Below are positions 31,002-40,431 of a stretch of DNA of 64,000 nucleotides, piece by piece (within the stretch, counting starts at the first letter, position 1; each line of letters opens with the position of its first letter). The notes beneath the pieces are model-generated. The model ran no database searches. It worked only from the letters and a program-made list of their open reading frames with translations, and was not told the origin of the DNA. This stretch comes from Nitrosopumilus sp. (lineage in GTDB: Archaea > Thermoproteota > Nitrososphaeria > Nitrososphaerales > Nitrosopumilaceae). The translations under genes were made by a program, and so were the position numbers. The stretch spans positions 288,001 through 352,000 of the forward strand of contig OZ244732.1 in assembly GCA_965219345.1 (NCBI GenBank), in the 5' to 3' direction.

Positions 31002-32105
31002 GTGGTTAATTCACATATTCTTATTTTATTACTGGTTGGAATTTTATCATTAGTTTCTTTTCTATCTGATGTTTATGCTCAAGATGTTTACATTCAAGTC
31101 GATGATCTTCCAGATTGGGCAGATTATGCATCAGATGTAATGTATCTTTCTACAGAAGCATGGAAGGATGCAAACGAAGGATTAGAATTCTATAAAGTAG
31201 AAAGTGGTTCAGATTTCCGAGTTCAATGGGTTCGAGAATTTGGTGTAGAGCATGTGGGTTATGCATATGGGAATCAATTCATCGAAGTAGGTTTAGGTGA
31301 TAGTAATTGTGGAAATCAATGGAATCCCTATTCTGAAAGATACATTTCTCATATCATGAAACATGAAATTGGACATGTTTTTGGTCATGAACATGATAAT
31401 AACCCTGATTCCATAATGTATCCTGTAGCTTTGAATTTGGAATATGATATTGTTAAAGCAGAATATCGTCTTACTGAAGGATATGGACAGTTTATCCAAT
31501 TTTGTACCATCAAAGATTTGACTTCTTATGAGTTTAATATTTCAACAACAGATAAAACCTATGGTTTTGATTACTATATTGTTCCTTCAAGTAATGAATT
31601 TTTAAAATGGAGTGAAGGTAAAACATTTCAACATTATTCAAACAATGAATGTTTTGGAGAGAATTGGTTGAGTATTTCTGGTACGTGTAAGGGAGTTTCT
31701 ACAGGTAGTGGAATAATGGTACTAATGGATAGTGAATTAACATCTCCATTAGTGACAATCACTGTTAAACAATTAGAACAGCCTAACATTGTAAACTCAA
31801 AATCTTTCCTAACCTCAAAATCAACCACACAAGAATATGCCCCACCTGTTTTTGATACAGAACTTCAAGTATCCATGCTTGAGAGTCAGATTAACGGTTT
31901 ACAAGATAAAGTGATTTCTCTAGAGGCATTAGTTGCACAATTAGAACAGGAAAATAAGCAATTCCAAACTATGTCTGCAAAAGAATTAGCAGAACAAAGA
32001 TTAGAAGAAAAGAAACGAGAACTCGGATGGTATGACGAACAAGAAAAATTAGAAGAGAATTCAAATTCTAGTGATAAATCCTGCTTTTTGTTTTGGTGTT
32101 GGTAA
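31002..32105 (+). CDS. Secreted matrixin-type (metzincin) metalloprotease
   Basis: Signal peptide, HEIGHVFGHEH, Met-turn SIMYP, coiled coil, C-terminal CFLFWCW. Confidence 0.85.
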   Translation: MVNSHILILLLVGILSLVSFLSDVYAQDVYIQVDDLPDWADYASDVMYLSTEAWKDANEGLEFYKVESGSDFRVQWVREFGVEHVGYAYGNQFIEVGLGDSNCGNQWNPYSERYISHIMKHEIGHVFGHEHDNNPDSIMYPVALNLEYDIVKAEYRLTEGYGQFIQFCTIKDLTSYEFNISTTDKTYGFDYYIVPSSNEFLKWSEGKTFQHYSNNECFGENWLSISGTCKGVSTGSGIMVLMDSELTSPLVTITVKQLEQPNIVNSKSFLTSKSTTQEYAPPVFDTELQVSMLESQINGLQDKVISLEALVAQLEQENKQFQTMSAKELAEQRLEEKKRELGWYDEQEKLEENSNSSDKSCFLFWCW

Positions 32106-32106
32106 A

Positions 32107-32834
32107 TAAAGTATGTAATAATTATCACAATAGCGTTTGTCTTACTATCCCCAGTTGTTGTTTATGCTGAAAGGAGTGTTTCGAATAATATAGAGATTTT
32201 TCTAAAGTGTTGGCTTGAATCTACATGTACTGATAAAGCATTTTTTGATTTTATGCGAGTTGGAATTAGAGATGGTTTATAGAATGGAGAAATCTATCAA
32301 CATGGAGAGAATAAATATCCTTCATGGGTCAAATTAATCATATATTGGCATACGCAAGATGAATTAACTGATTTAGAAATTACTAATGCGATTCAAAATC
32401 TTTTAGATCGTCAAATGATACGAGTAACTTGTATAGATTCTTGTAATGTAACTATCGATTCATCACAGGAATGTTCAGGTGATGCCTGATGTATCACTGG
32501 AACTGTAACAAAAATTACTGATGGTGATACATTAGATGTTGATGGCCAAGCAATTAGATTTGCATTAGCATCAGCACCTGAAATGAATAAACTCAATGGA
32601 CCAGAAGCAAAAGAATTGATAGAAAGTCTATGTCCTGTTGGATCATCTGTTCTAGTTGATGAGGATGATGGACAAACTGAAGGAAGTTATGGAAGAATTA
32701 TTGGAGTGATTTACTGTAATGGAATGAATCTCAATGAAGAACTAGTAGATTCAGGATTAGGATATTTATCATCAGGATTTTGTGATAAAAGTGAATTTTC
32801 TAGTCATACTTGGACACAAAAACACGGATGTTGA
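32107..32834 (+). pseudogene. Secreted thermonuclease (SNase-like) pseudogene
   Basis: VTKITDGDTLDVDGQAIRFALASAPE and SYGRIIGVIYC; in-frame stops at about 32280 and 32488. Confidence 0.75.
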
Positions 32835-33308
32835 TGAATCAATCATCTTGGGTTAAAGCAGTTGATAGCACTACAGTAGTGTAGCTTGTCATATTCATTT
32901 TAGGATTTTTTGCCTTTGATACTGATTTGATAGGAATAGAGTCAACAATTATCACATTTCCTGAAGAACTAGAACTTCCTTGGTTTATCAGGGTATAAAG
33001 CATACAAGAAATCAAAGAGGTTCAAAAAATAGATCAAATTTTTTTCGTATCTAGTGCAAAGTTATGATCTAAAGTGATAATCAATGAAAAATTACATGAA
33101 CAGTATGGTCGACTCAAGATGTGAGCATTATTGGATTCCAAATGGAGCTTATTTTTGCATACATTGTGAAGCAGGCAGTGATACAACGCCTGTTAAAACT
33201 ATGCAGAACTAGGCAGTTTTTTGGATATTTTTTTAATAAGAGCTGTATCTAGTCTGATTGAAAAGACTCCTCATAACTAATTACTGAAAGAAGCGGTTGT
33301 ACTAATTC

Positions 33309-33784
33309 ATGTCTGAAACAGATTCAAAAAAAGGTGGACCTTACACAGAAAAAGAACAAGAAGACCGCAGAAAACAAGTTTATGAACTTCATTTTGAGAA
33401 AGGATTCTCCGCAGTAAAAATTGGGGAGATGTTAAAGGTAAATCGCAATCTGGAATAATGGCTGACTAATCCGATACACGTTCTTTGGTAAAAATTGGGG
33501 AGATGTTAAAGGTAAATCGCAATACAATAAACAAGAACATCAGAGAATGGTATGCAAAAGTTTCTGAAGAATTACCAGAGTATAATGCATTGTTATTGTT
33601 AAAACAGATCTACAGACTAGAAATGCAGCAAGCAAGACTGTTGGAAAAATTAGATGAATGCACAGATATGAAGGAGGAAATTGCCATATAAAAATTACTG
33701 TATGGGGTTTATTCAAAAATGACAACTGAAACTAGCAAGATTATATTTAATCGAAGTGACGTGCTTAGAGTATTACGAAATTAA
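33309..33784 (+). pseudogene. HTH-domain protein disrupted by a 74-nt repeat-spacer insertion
   Basis: MSETDSKKGGPYT..GFSAVKIGEMLKVNRN|TINKNIREWY; removing one repeat plus the spacer restores the frame; additional stop at 33689-33691. Confidence 0.75.
33414..33523 (+). repeat. 36-nt direct repeat x2 flanking a 38-nt unique insert
   Basis: gtaaaaattggggagatgttaaaggtaaatcgcaat at 33414-33449 and 33488-33523. Confidence 0.95.
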
Positions 33785-33923
33785 TGAAATAACCAAGATG
33801 TTGGCTTCTTGTTGCTATATGAGAAAGTTTGGGATTTGAAAATAGCCAAGATTTGAACTCAAAAGACAAATCTATATTAGAAATTTAATGATCAAATCTC
33901 AACAGATTTGAACAATTTTTAAT

Positions 33924-35351
33924 TTATTTATTTTTTCTAAATGAAAAGCCTAACCTATCTTTAATTGATTTTCCTTTCTTAGATTCCTTTAATTCTTGAG
34001 AAGCATGATCTTTACAGTAACACAAATCTTGTTCATCCACAAAGATATCGTCTTCACATTTTGCAATACCACATGTTTCACATACTGCAAATGTATGCTT
34101 CTTTCTCAATAGATGTTTACATTCAGAAATCTCATCAATTAATGTAATATCAGATGCAGGCAAAAGCTTTCTTACATAACTATAGTCTTTTGAATCAAAA
34201 ACAATCTCTAGTTTTGGAACATGTGTTATTTTTGATTGTAATTGGATAGAATTATAGTTTGGAACATGAGTAAATTCTTTTTCTACCTCTTCTTCTCGAG
34301 ATTTTCTCACACAATATGGAATTATGGCTTTGTTATCTTCTATGATCTTTTTCTTAACTGTAAATTCAACATCTTTTTTATTCATACTTGCTTTATGAAC
34401 AACTACATTAGAATTGTCTATTTTTTGAATTTCTACGATTTTATAAGGTTCAATATTCATCAAATCTTCAATAACTTGTTTTTGTTCAGAATTTTTTTCA
34501 TAAAATACATCACCATTATCATCTGAACAATACAATATTTCTCTAGTTAATCCATCTACTACATATTGACCAGAATTAAATTGTGAATGAATCTGTTTAT
34601 CAGGAGTTTTGAATTGTTCTCTAAGAGTAAATTGTATTATGTAATACGGATGAAAAATTAAATCTCTTCGAGCAATTCCAACATTACTTTTATTTTTTAG
34701 TAGGATTTCAGAGTAATTCTCCAATGTGTCTCGAGGATTAAGACAATCAGGGATTTTAGTTAGTTGTCCACTTGTTCTTCCTAAAACAGTTGCTTGAAAA
34801 TTTTCTGTTAGTTTATTTCCATTCCACAAGTCAATTTGTTTCATTTGAGGATTATTCATTGCCCAGCCAATTGCATCTTGAGAAAAAGTCGATGATGTAA
34901 TGAATAGTCCTCTTTTGATATCTAAATCATCTAGCTTTGCACTAAAATCACGAATTTCTTTAATTCCAACTTTATTTGATTCAGCATAATTTTTACATTC
35001 GACTGCTATGACAATTCTATTTCTCTTTGCAATTATGTCAATTTCATTTAATTGTCCAGAGGTTCCTCGAAGTTTTGTTCTAGATTCAGTAGAAAAACCT
35101 CGATCTTGTAGAATCTTTTCTGCCATATCTTCCAAATTTGTTCCAAGCTCTCGGGTGGTTTTTGCTACAAGAGGTTCTTCTAATATATTCTCATCAAATA
35201 TTGATTCTTTAGAAATATTATTTTCAACCACAATTTCTTTTTCTATCTCTTTCTCAATTTCTTGAGTCAATGTGTTAATATTAAATCCACATTCAGGACA
35301 AAATTTTGTACTCCCTTTTAGATCTCCACCACATTCTGCACAGAATTTCAT
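33924..35351 (-). CDS. Zn-ribbon + Mrr-type restriction endonuclease + C-terminal Zn finger
   Basis: CAECG..CPECG; LED, EIDIIA, VECKNY, VGIKEIRDF, FITSSTFS Mrr catalytic motifs; CETC..C..C..CKDH. Confidence 0.8.
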   Translation of the reverse strand: MKFCAECGGDLKGSTKFCPECGFNINTLTQEIEKEIEKEIVVENNISKESIFDENILEEPLVAKTTRELGTNLEDMAEKILQDRGFSTESRTKLRGTSGQLNEIDIIAKRNRIVIAVECKNYAESNKVGIKEIRDFSAKLDDLDIKRGLFITSSTFSQDAIGWAMNNPQMKQIDLWNGNKLTENFQATVLGRTSGQLTKIPDCLNPRDTLENYSEILLKNKSNVGIARRDLIFHPYYIIQFTLREQFKTPDKQIHSQFNSGQYVVDGLTREILYCSDDNGDVFYEKNSEQKQVIEDLMNIEPYKIVEIQKIDNSNVVVHKASMNKKDVEFTVKKKIIEDNKAIIPYCVRKSREEEVEKEFTHVPNYNSIQLQSKITHVPKLEIVFDSKDYSYVRKLLPASDITLIDEISECKHLLRKKHTFAVCETCGIAKCEDDIFVDEQDLCYCKDHASQELKESKKGKSIKDRLGFSFRKNK

Positions 35352-36523
35352 GATTCATCTTTATCCTTTTTTTTCTCTTTTAAACCCAGATCTACTTCTA
35401 AATCAGTAATCATATTACTACATGCAACAGTGATTGCTTTTGAGTTATTTTTGACAGTTTTTACAGTTACTAGATGAGTACTTAATGTATTTTGTAATTT
35501 GGTCAATTTTTCATTTAGTTCTATATCTACTACATCATCAGCTTTAATCCGTTGTAATGCCCAACTACAACCAAGTCGAATCATACGTTGTTGAGCTTCA
35601 TGTGTGTCAGACTCAGATAATGTAATGAATAGAATATCCTTAGATAGTTCATTAAACATCCCAGCTTCAGGAATGGTAAAATCATCACTGTCACAATAAA
35701 TATAAACACAATAACTCGCAGCCCGATTCTGAAGAGCAATACGAGAATATTCTAAAATTTGTTTAGTGGTAGGATCTTTTGACAAATTTTTAGCTTCAAT
35801 AACAATTTTTTTGTTGGTATCTTTTTCAGTTAATACAAAATCTCCTTTTTTAGAATTTTTTGCACCGCTAATACCTGAAATACTGCTAGTGTTTTGAAAA
35901 TTACAATTAAAGAAGGGAGAGGAATCTGCTAATATTAATGCCACATAATCTTCAAATTTAGCTCCTTTCTGTGTTGATTTTTCTTCAACTTTTTTCATTC
36001 CTTCTTGGATAGCCATAAAGGTTGAAACAGTGTTAAATTTTTCTTCAAGAGATTTTTCTAATTTTCTAAAAGGACTATTTTCATTTTCATGATCTAGCAT
36101 TGAATCAATTTGTTCCCGATATTCTTCCATCAACTCATTAATTTTTTGACTGTATGCTCCATCAGTACCAAATGTTTCTAACAATTCTTTTGTAAAACTT
36201 CCATCTGCACCTAAAAAATCATCAATTTTATCTTTCATGGATGTAGAAAAATCAAATTCGATTTGATGTTGTAGATCTTGTTTTAATTTACTAAAGCTTG
36301 ATTCCACATAATCCACTTTCTTATCAATTTTTACTGAATTGTCTGCCAGATATCCAAGAAATAATAAATGAATAATTTTATCACGTAATTGAGATGAATT
36401 TAGATTTTGTTTTTCTTGTAATTCAAGAAAATATGCTAATAATTTTTCATCATCAATCAAAAAATCATTTATTGTAATGCCAGTAGGTTCCACAATGACA
36501 CTATTTTTATGGGCATATTCCAT
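35348..36523 (-). CDS. Coiled-coil PD-(D/E)XK nuclease-like protein (RmuC/DUF2130-like)
   Basis: KGAKFED..KGDFVL..IVIEAKN; 4-nt overlap with the Mrr-type gene. Confidence 0.65.
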   Translation of the reverse strand: MEYAHKNSVIVEPTGITINDFLIDDEKLLAYFLELQEKQNLNSSQLRDKIIHLLFLGYLADNSVKIDKKVDYVESSFSKLKQDLQHQIEFDFSTSMKDKIDDFLGADGSFTKELLETFGTDGAYSQKINELMEEYREQIDSMLDHENENSPFRKLEKSLEEKFNTVSTFMAIQEGMKKVEEKSTQKGAKFEDYVALILADSSPFFNCNFQNTSSISGISGAKNSKKGDFVLTEKDTNKKIVIEAKNLSKDPTTKQILEYSRIALQNRAASYCVYIYCDSDDFTIPEAGMFNELSKDILFITLSESDTHEAQQRMIRLGCSWALQRIKADDVVDIELNEKLTKLQNTLSTHLVTVKTVKNNSKAITVACSNMITDLEVDLGLKEKKKDKDES

Positions 36524-36979
36524 AATAAGTTGTGAAGAACATACTAATTAATTAAAGAGATCACAGCATAAAGAATTTTTCTCATTAAATATATAATACT
36601 GAGTAATACAACATAAAGAAAAATAAGATAACAGCAAGAATTGGATTATGTTTACAAGTGGAGTTGTAACAATTTCAAGTGAGTTAGCTTTATCTAAACA
36701 ATTAACAAATTCTAGCCCATACATAATTTGTGGATATGGTATTGTGTCAATAGTAATTTCATTATTATTTCTCAATCAAAACTATCAGAAACCCAAACCA
36801 CATGAATTAAAGAAGAAATAAAAGCAACAAACTAATTCAAACTGTCGAAATTCTGGGAGAGGGAATCTAGATAATCTATACAAAATTATTCATTGAATCA
36901 TTTGGATTTACATTACCAAGATTTGAACTAAATTACAATAATTATGATAAAGTTAATGTATTAGAATATTACATTATAA

Positions 36980-37255
36980 TTGATGAATAAAGATACAATC
37001 GTTGGAGAAATCGAAGCTCGTGTTATGTCTGAAAATCATAAAGATTACACGATATGGACTATTGGGGTAACCGATGACCCAAATACTCGTAAGAGCAAAC
37101 ATGAAAGTGACGGTAAAAACGTTGATTTTTGGACTCAATGGAATGCAGATAATGAAAAAGATGCAAGAGATATTGAATCATGTTATCTAGAACAGAAAAA
37201 AATGAAAGGTGGAACAGAAGGCCCTGGAACCGCAGATTATGTCTACATTTTCTAA
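36980..37255 (+). CDS. Small protein with GIY-YIG-like motif
   Basis: WTIGVTDDPNTRKSKH..ARDIE..MKGG. Confidence 0.6.
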   Translation: MMNKDTIVGEIEARVMSENHKDYTIWTIGVTDDPNTRKSKHESDGKNVDFWTQWNADNEKDARDIESCYLEQKKMKGGTEGPGTADYVYIF

Positions 37256-37267
37256 GAATCAAAATTA

Positions 37268-37740
37268 TGGAAAATAAATTAGAAAATACGTCTGATGTTC
37301 ATCATTGTAGATGTTTTAAGATATCTGAAAATGATATTAAAACTTGTAAAACTAAACTTGAAGAATTAGGTTTTGAAAAACAACCTGTCGGTGAACAAGA
37401 TCATGGTCAAGTTTTTGGATTAAGATACAGACTAAAGAAATTATTACAAATACATTGGAAAGTACTACCAACAGGAACAATTGAATCTGAAATGGAGCCA
37501 CCACCAGAATATCCAGGAGCACATGTAAATCCAACTCATAGTTTCCCTCCTCATAAAATAGTTGAAGAATTATTGAATAAAATGAAAATTAAATGTGATA
37601 TACTAACCCCTGTACCTAAAACATGCATAGAGCCTGAAATTATTGAACCGAATCATCCTCTTGAATGGCAGAAAATGTTAATTTTAGGACTATTAGGTGT
37701 TGTAGCAGCATTCATTATTATCAAAGCAGCAAAGGGATAA
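37268..37740 (+). CDS. Hypothetical tail-anchored protein
   Basis: ATG near 37267-37269 after the upstream stop; C-terminal TM helix followed by basic residues. Confidence 0.6.
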
Positions 37741-37821
37741 AATGTTTCTTTTGTATTGGTTTTACGAAACTAAGTAACTTTAGAATAATTCAGTCTATAC
37801 TTAGAATCAAAATATTAATTT

Positions 37822-38313
37822 TTACAAAGAATATTTCTTTCTAAATTTAGATATTTTTGTTAAAGCCAAAATAACATCTTTTCTTGAGAACTGAGGTTTC
37901 TCTTTAAACATAATAGATACAATTCGTTCTCTTTCATTTTTTGAAATTTGACTTTTAGACATCAAATACCATAATGATGCACATAGTTCTAAGTAAGAAG
38001 GATTTTTGATGTTTGTTCCTAACAACATATGAATTCTTTTCTGAATATCTATTTCAGAGTCAGATAATTTAGGAGGTTTTTCATAGGTCCCTTTTTCTTC
38101 ATGGAAAAATAATGTTGAAGCCAATTTTGAAGAGTACGGGCCTTTAACATACCACGAAAAATAATATGGCTCAGATTGTTGAATTTTTTGAATCAAGAAT
38201 CCAAGTTTTTGTAGAGATAAACGATCATTGAAATCATTTAGTTTTATAGTTTTGATATTACTTATTACTCGTAATAACGAGTCAGAATTCTCCAATTTAA
38301 TATTTAACATCAT
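37822..38313 (-). CDS. YwgA/SocA(DUF4065)-like winged-helix protein
   Basis: RLSLQKLGFLIQ..YYFSWYVKGPYSSKL, LELCASLWYL. Confidence 0.75.
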   Translation of the reverse strand: MMLNIKLENSDSLLRVISNIKTIKLNDFNDRLSLQKLGFLIQKIQQSEPYYFSWYVKGPYSSKLASTLFFHEEKGTYEKPPKLSDSEIDIQKRIHMLLGTNIKNPSYLELCASLWYLMSKSQISKNERERIVSIMFKEKPQFSRKDVILALTKISKFRKKYSL

Positions 38314-38317
38314 AATA

Positions 38318-39580
38318 TCATTTATCCTTTTTCATGTGTTGTTTTATCACCATTTGTAAATGTTGAATGAATTTATTTTTATCATCAAACATGGTCACGC
38401 TTGATCCAAATGGATGGGTGGTATTTCCTTCATCAATATGATCAATTTTAGGATGATAAACAACTACATCACTAAAATTATCATTTGCTCTTCTAATTTC
38501 GGCTTCTACACCTTTAGATAATTTACCATTAAAATATGGCCTATACACTGCAAGATGAGTTGCTGTGTCTACCAAAGTATAATCACGTGATTTTATTTGA
38601 TTGCTAATATCATTGCCAACTTCCTCTATTTCCGATGAGGGAATTTTTATAGGCCATTTTACTTTCTTGGCATTCAAATTTGTAATATTTAATGGCCATC
38701 GATCTTTCTCTTTAAAATCGAGTTTCGTAAGTTTTTTATTTTTTTCTTTTTGTTTTTTTAGTGCAAAAACCATTGCTAATTCATCAATTGCTACAGGATC
38801 AAATATCACAGCATTTTCTTTTTTTCCAAAAGCATGCATAGATTTGCGAAATTGATTAATCTCATCAATACCTTCTTTAGTTTTTCTAGACTCAGATATA
38901 TGATATGAAAGATAAATTCTAGATTTAGAATCTTTGAAGATTAAATTATGGAAAGTTTCATGAGGATGTCTTATTGACACCATCAAGTGATTGGCACGTT
39001 GACTTCCTTCTTCAGAAATGTTAACATATTCTTTTAGTGCTTCTCCGTGTAAAAATTCTAATGAACGCCATACCAGAATTTCTCGTAAACTAAGTTTGGT
39101 ATTTAGAAATCCTGCAGAAGTCTCTCTATCCGATATTTTTTTCGATATAACAAAAATATCATCAATGAGTGTAACTATTCGAATTTTTGAATTAGGTAGT
39201 TGTGCAAAAATTTCTTTGAAATACAGAGGTATGAAAGGTGGATAAAATTCACTATTTTTATAATAACTTAGATGCATGTTCAAAAAAATTTCTGTTATGG
39301 AGGTTTTTCTTTCACGAATTTTTTTACCAATCCAACTAAAATTACTTGAAAATACTTGGAGTTTTAATGCACCATTAGGACTGTTTAAGAACGTGGGGAT
39401 GTTCGGGATAGGATTTCTAAGACCGCGTTCTTCTTTGATCAACTCATCTTCAAAATTCAATACCAAAACTTTTCCATCCATTTTAGATTTTTTGATCAGT
39501 TTATTGAGAAAATCTTTTTTATCAATCCCGCTTATTCCAGTAAAAATTGTTATTGTAGGATTTTTTGTTGTTGACATCAC
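38318..39580 (-). CDS. P-loop NMP-kinase-like domain fused to nucleoside 2-deoxyribosyltransferase-like domain
   Basis: IFTGISGIDKK P-loop, IVTLIDD; C-terminal IYLSYHIS..FDP..RDYTLVD..SKGVEAEI. Confidence 0.6.
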   Translation of the reverse strand: MMSTTKNPTITIFTGISGIDKKDFLNKLIKKSKMDGKVLVLNFEDELIKEERGLRNPIPNIPTFLNSPNGALKLQVFSSNFSWIGKKIRERKTSITEIFLNMHLSYYKNSEFYPPFIPLYFKEIFAQLPNSKIRIVTLIDDIFVISKKISDRETSAGFLNTKLSLREILVWRSLEFLHGEALKEYVNISEEGSQRANHLMVSIRHPHETFHNLIFKDSKSRIYLSYHISESRKTKEGIDEINQFRKSMHAFGKKENAVIFDPVAIDELAMVFALKKQKEKNKKLTKLDFKEKDRWPLNITNLNAKKVKWPIKIPSSEIEEVGNDISNQIKSRDYTLVDTATHLAVYRPYFNGKLSKGVEAEIRRANDNFSDVVVYHPKIDHIDEGNTTHPFGSSVTMFDDKNKFIQHLQMVIKQHMKKDK

Positions 39581-39705
39581 AAGTTGAATATATTTTTGAA
39601 TTAATTAACTTGTTTCTTAAATGATGATAGAGTAAAACTATGATTAACATAATATTAATGGAAATAAATCAAAAGGGAATTTCCAAATAAACCTTAAATA
39701 GGTAT

Positions 39706-40347
39706 ATGAGTTTCATATCATATCATATGGGAGATTGGATACTTGATTGTGATTGTTGTAAACAACAAATTAAAAAAATAAAAAATCAAGATTTTTCTTA
39801 TACAAACTATAATCTAGATGATACTGAACATGAAAAACATTTGAAAGTATGGGTTGCTTCTGTAGCAAGTTTTTTTCACTTTGATAAAACATTTAAAAAA
39901 TTAGATCCTGACTCGAAGGTAGGTGGGTTAACAATTGAGGACCTTGATTCATGGATAGAGTTTAAATTGAATTTGAAATTTGGACAATACTATCATGGTC
40001 AAAGTGAATTTAATGAAATTTGGCTCCCTCCAAAGAAATTCAATCATAAGGGGATTGATTATTTTATTTCTGGAAAGGTAGATGGTGTAGAAGATGATGT
40101 TTTAATTGAATTAAAAACAACATGGGTTTCTAGCAAAACAAAAATGCAAGGAGTTATTGAAAAAGCTAAAACTCAATCAGACATTTATGCATGGATAGGA
40201 AATTATAAAGAAGCAAAAATCATTGTTAAAAACATGGTAAAGCCAGAACTGGATGAAACTGTAGCATATCGTCCAGATACATCACGAGTAGAAGAAATGG
40301 TTGCTGTATATATTGATGAAAATAAAAGTTCGATCAATAGATATTAA
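39706..40347 (+). CDS. Cas4/RecB-like PD-(D/E)XK nuclease (solo)
   Basis: ISGKVDGV..IELKT..QSDIY motifs II, III and QxxxY. Confidence 0.7.
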   Translation: MSFISYHMGDWILDCDCCKQQIKKIKNQDFSYTNYNLDDTEHEKHLKVWVASVASFFHFDKTFKKLDPDSKVGGLTIEDLDSWIEFKLNLKFGQYYHGQSEFNEIWLPPKKFNHKGIDYFISGKVDGVEDDVLIELKTTWVSSKTKMQGVIEKAKTQSDIYAWIGNYKEAKIIVKNMVKPELDETVAYRPDTSRVEEMVAVYIDENKSSINRY

Positions 40348-40431
40348 TAATTAAAAGACATCTTGATTTTGGTTACTCAAACATTAGAATATTTTGTGTT
40401 ACAATAATACATGTTTTAAAAGAAAAAAAGA

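Noticed and set aside
31709-31732. Partial match between the 33450-33487 insert and the metalloprotease gene (tggaataatgg..actaat), and between the 42472 filler and 44287-44297
   Set aside because: Each has only 11 exact nt plus gapped extension, within chance expectation for a 64-kb window.
33414-33523. Bona fide CRISPR array
   Set aside because: Only two repeats, the repeat is the host gene's coding sequence, and there is no leader or cas1/cas2 nearby. Kept only as an insertion-scar finding.
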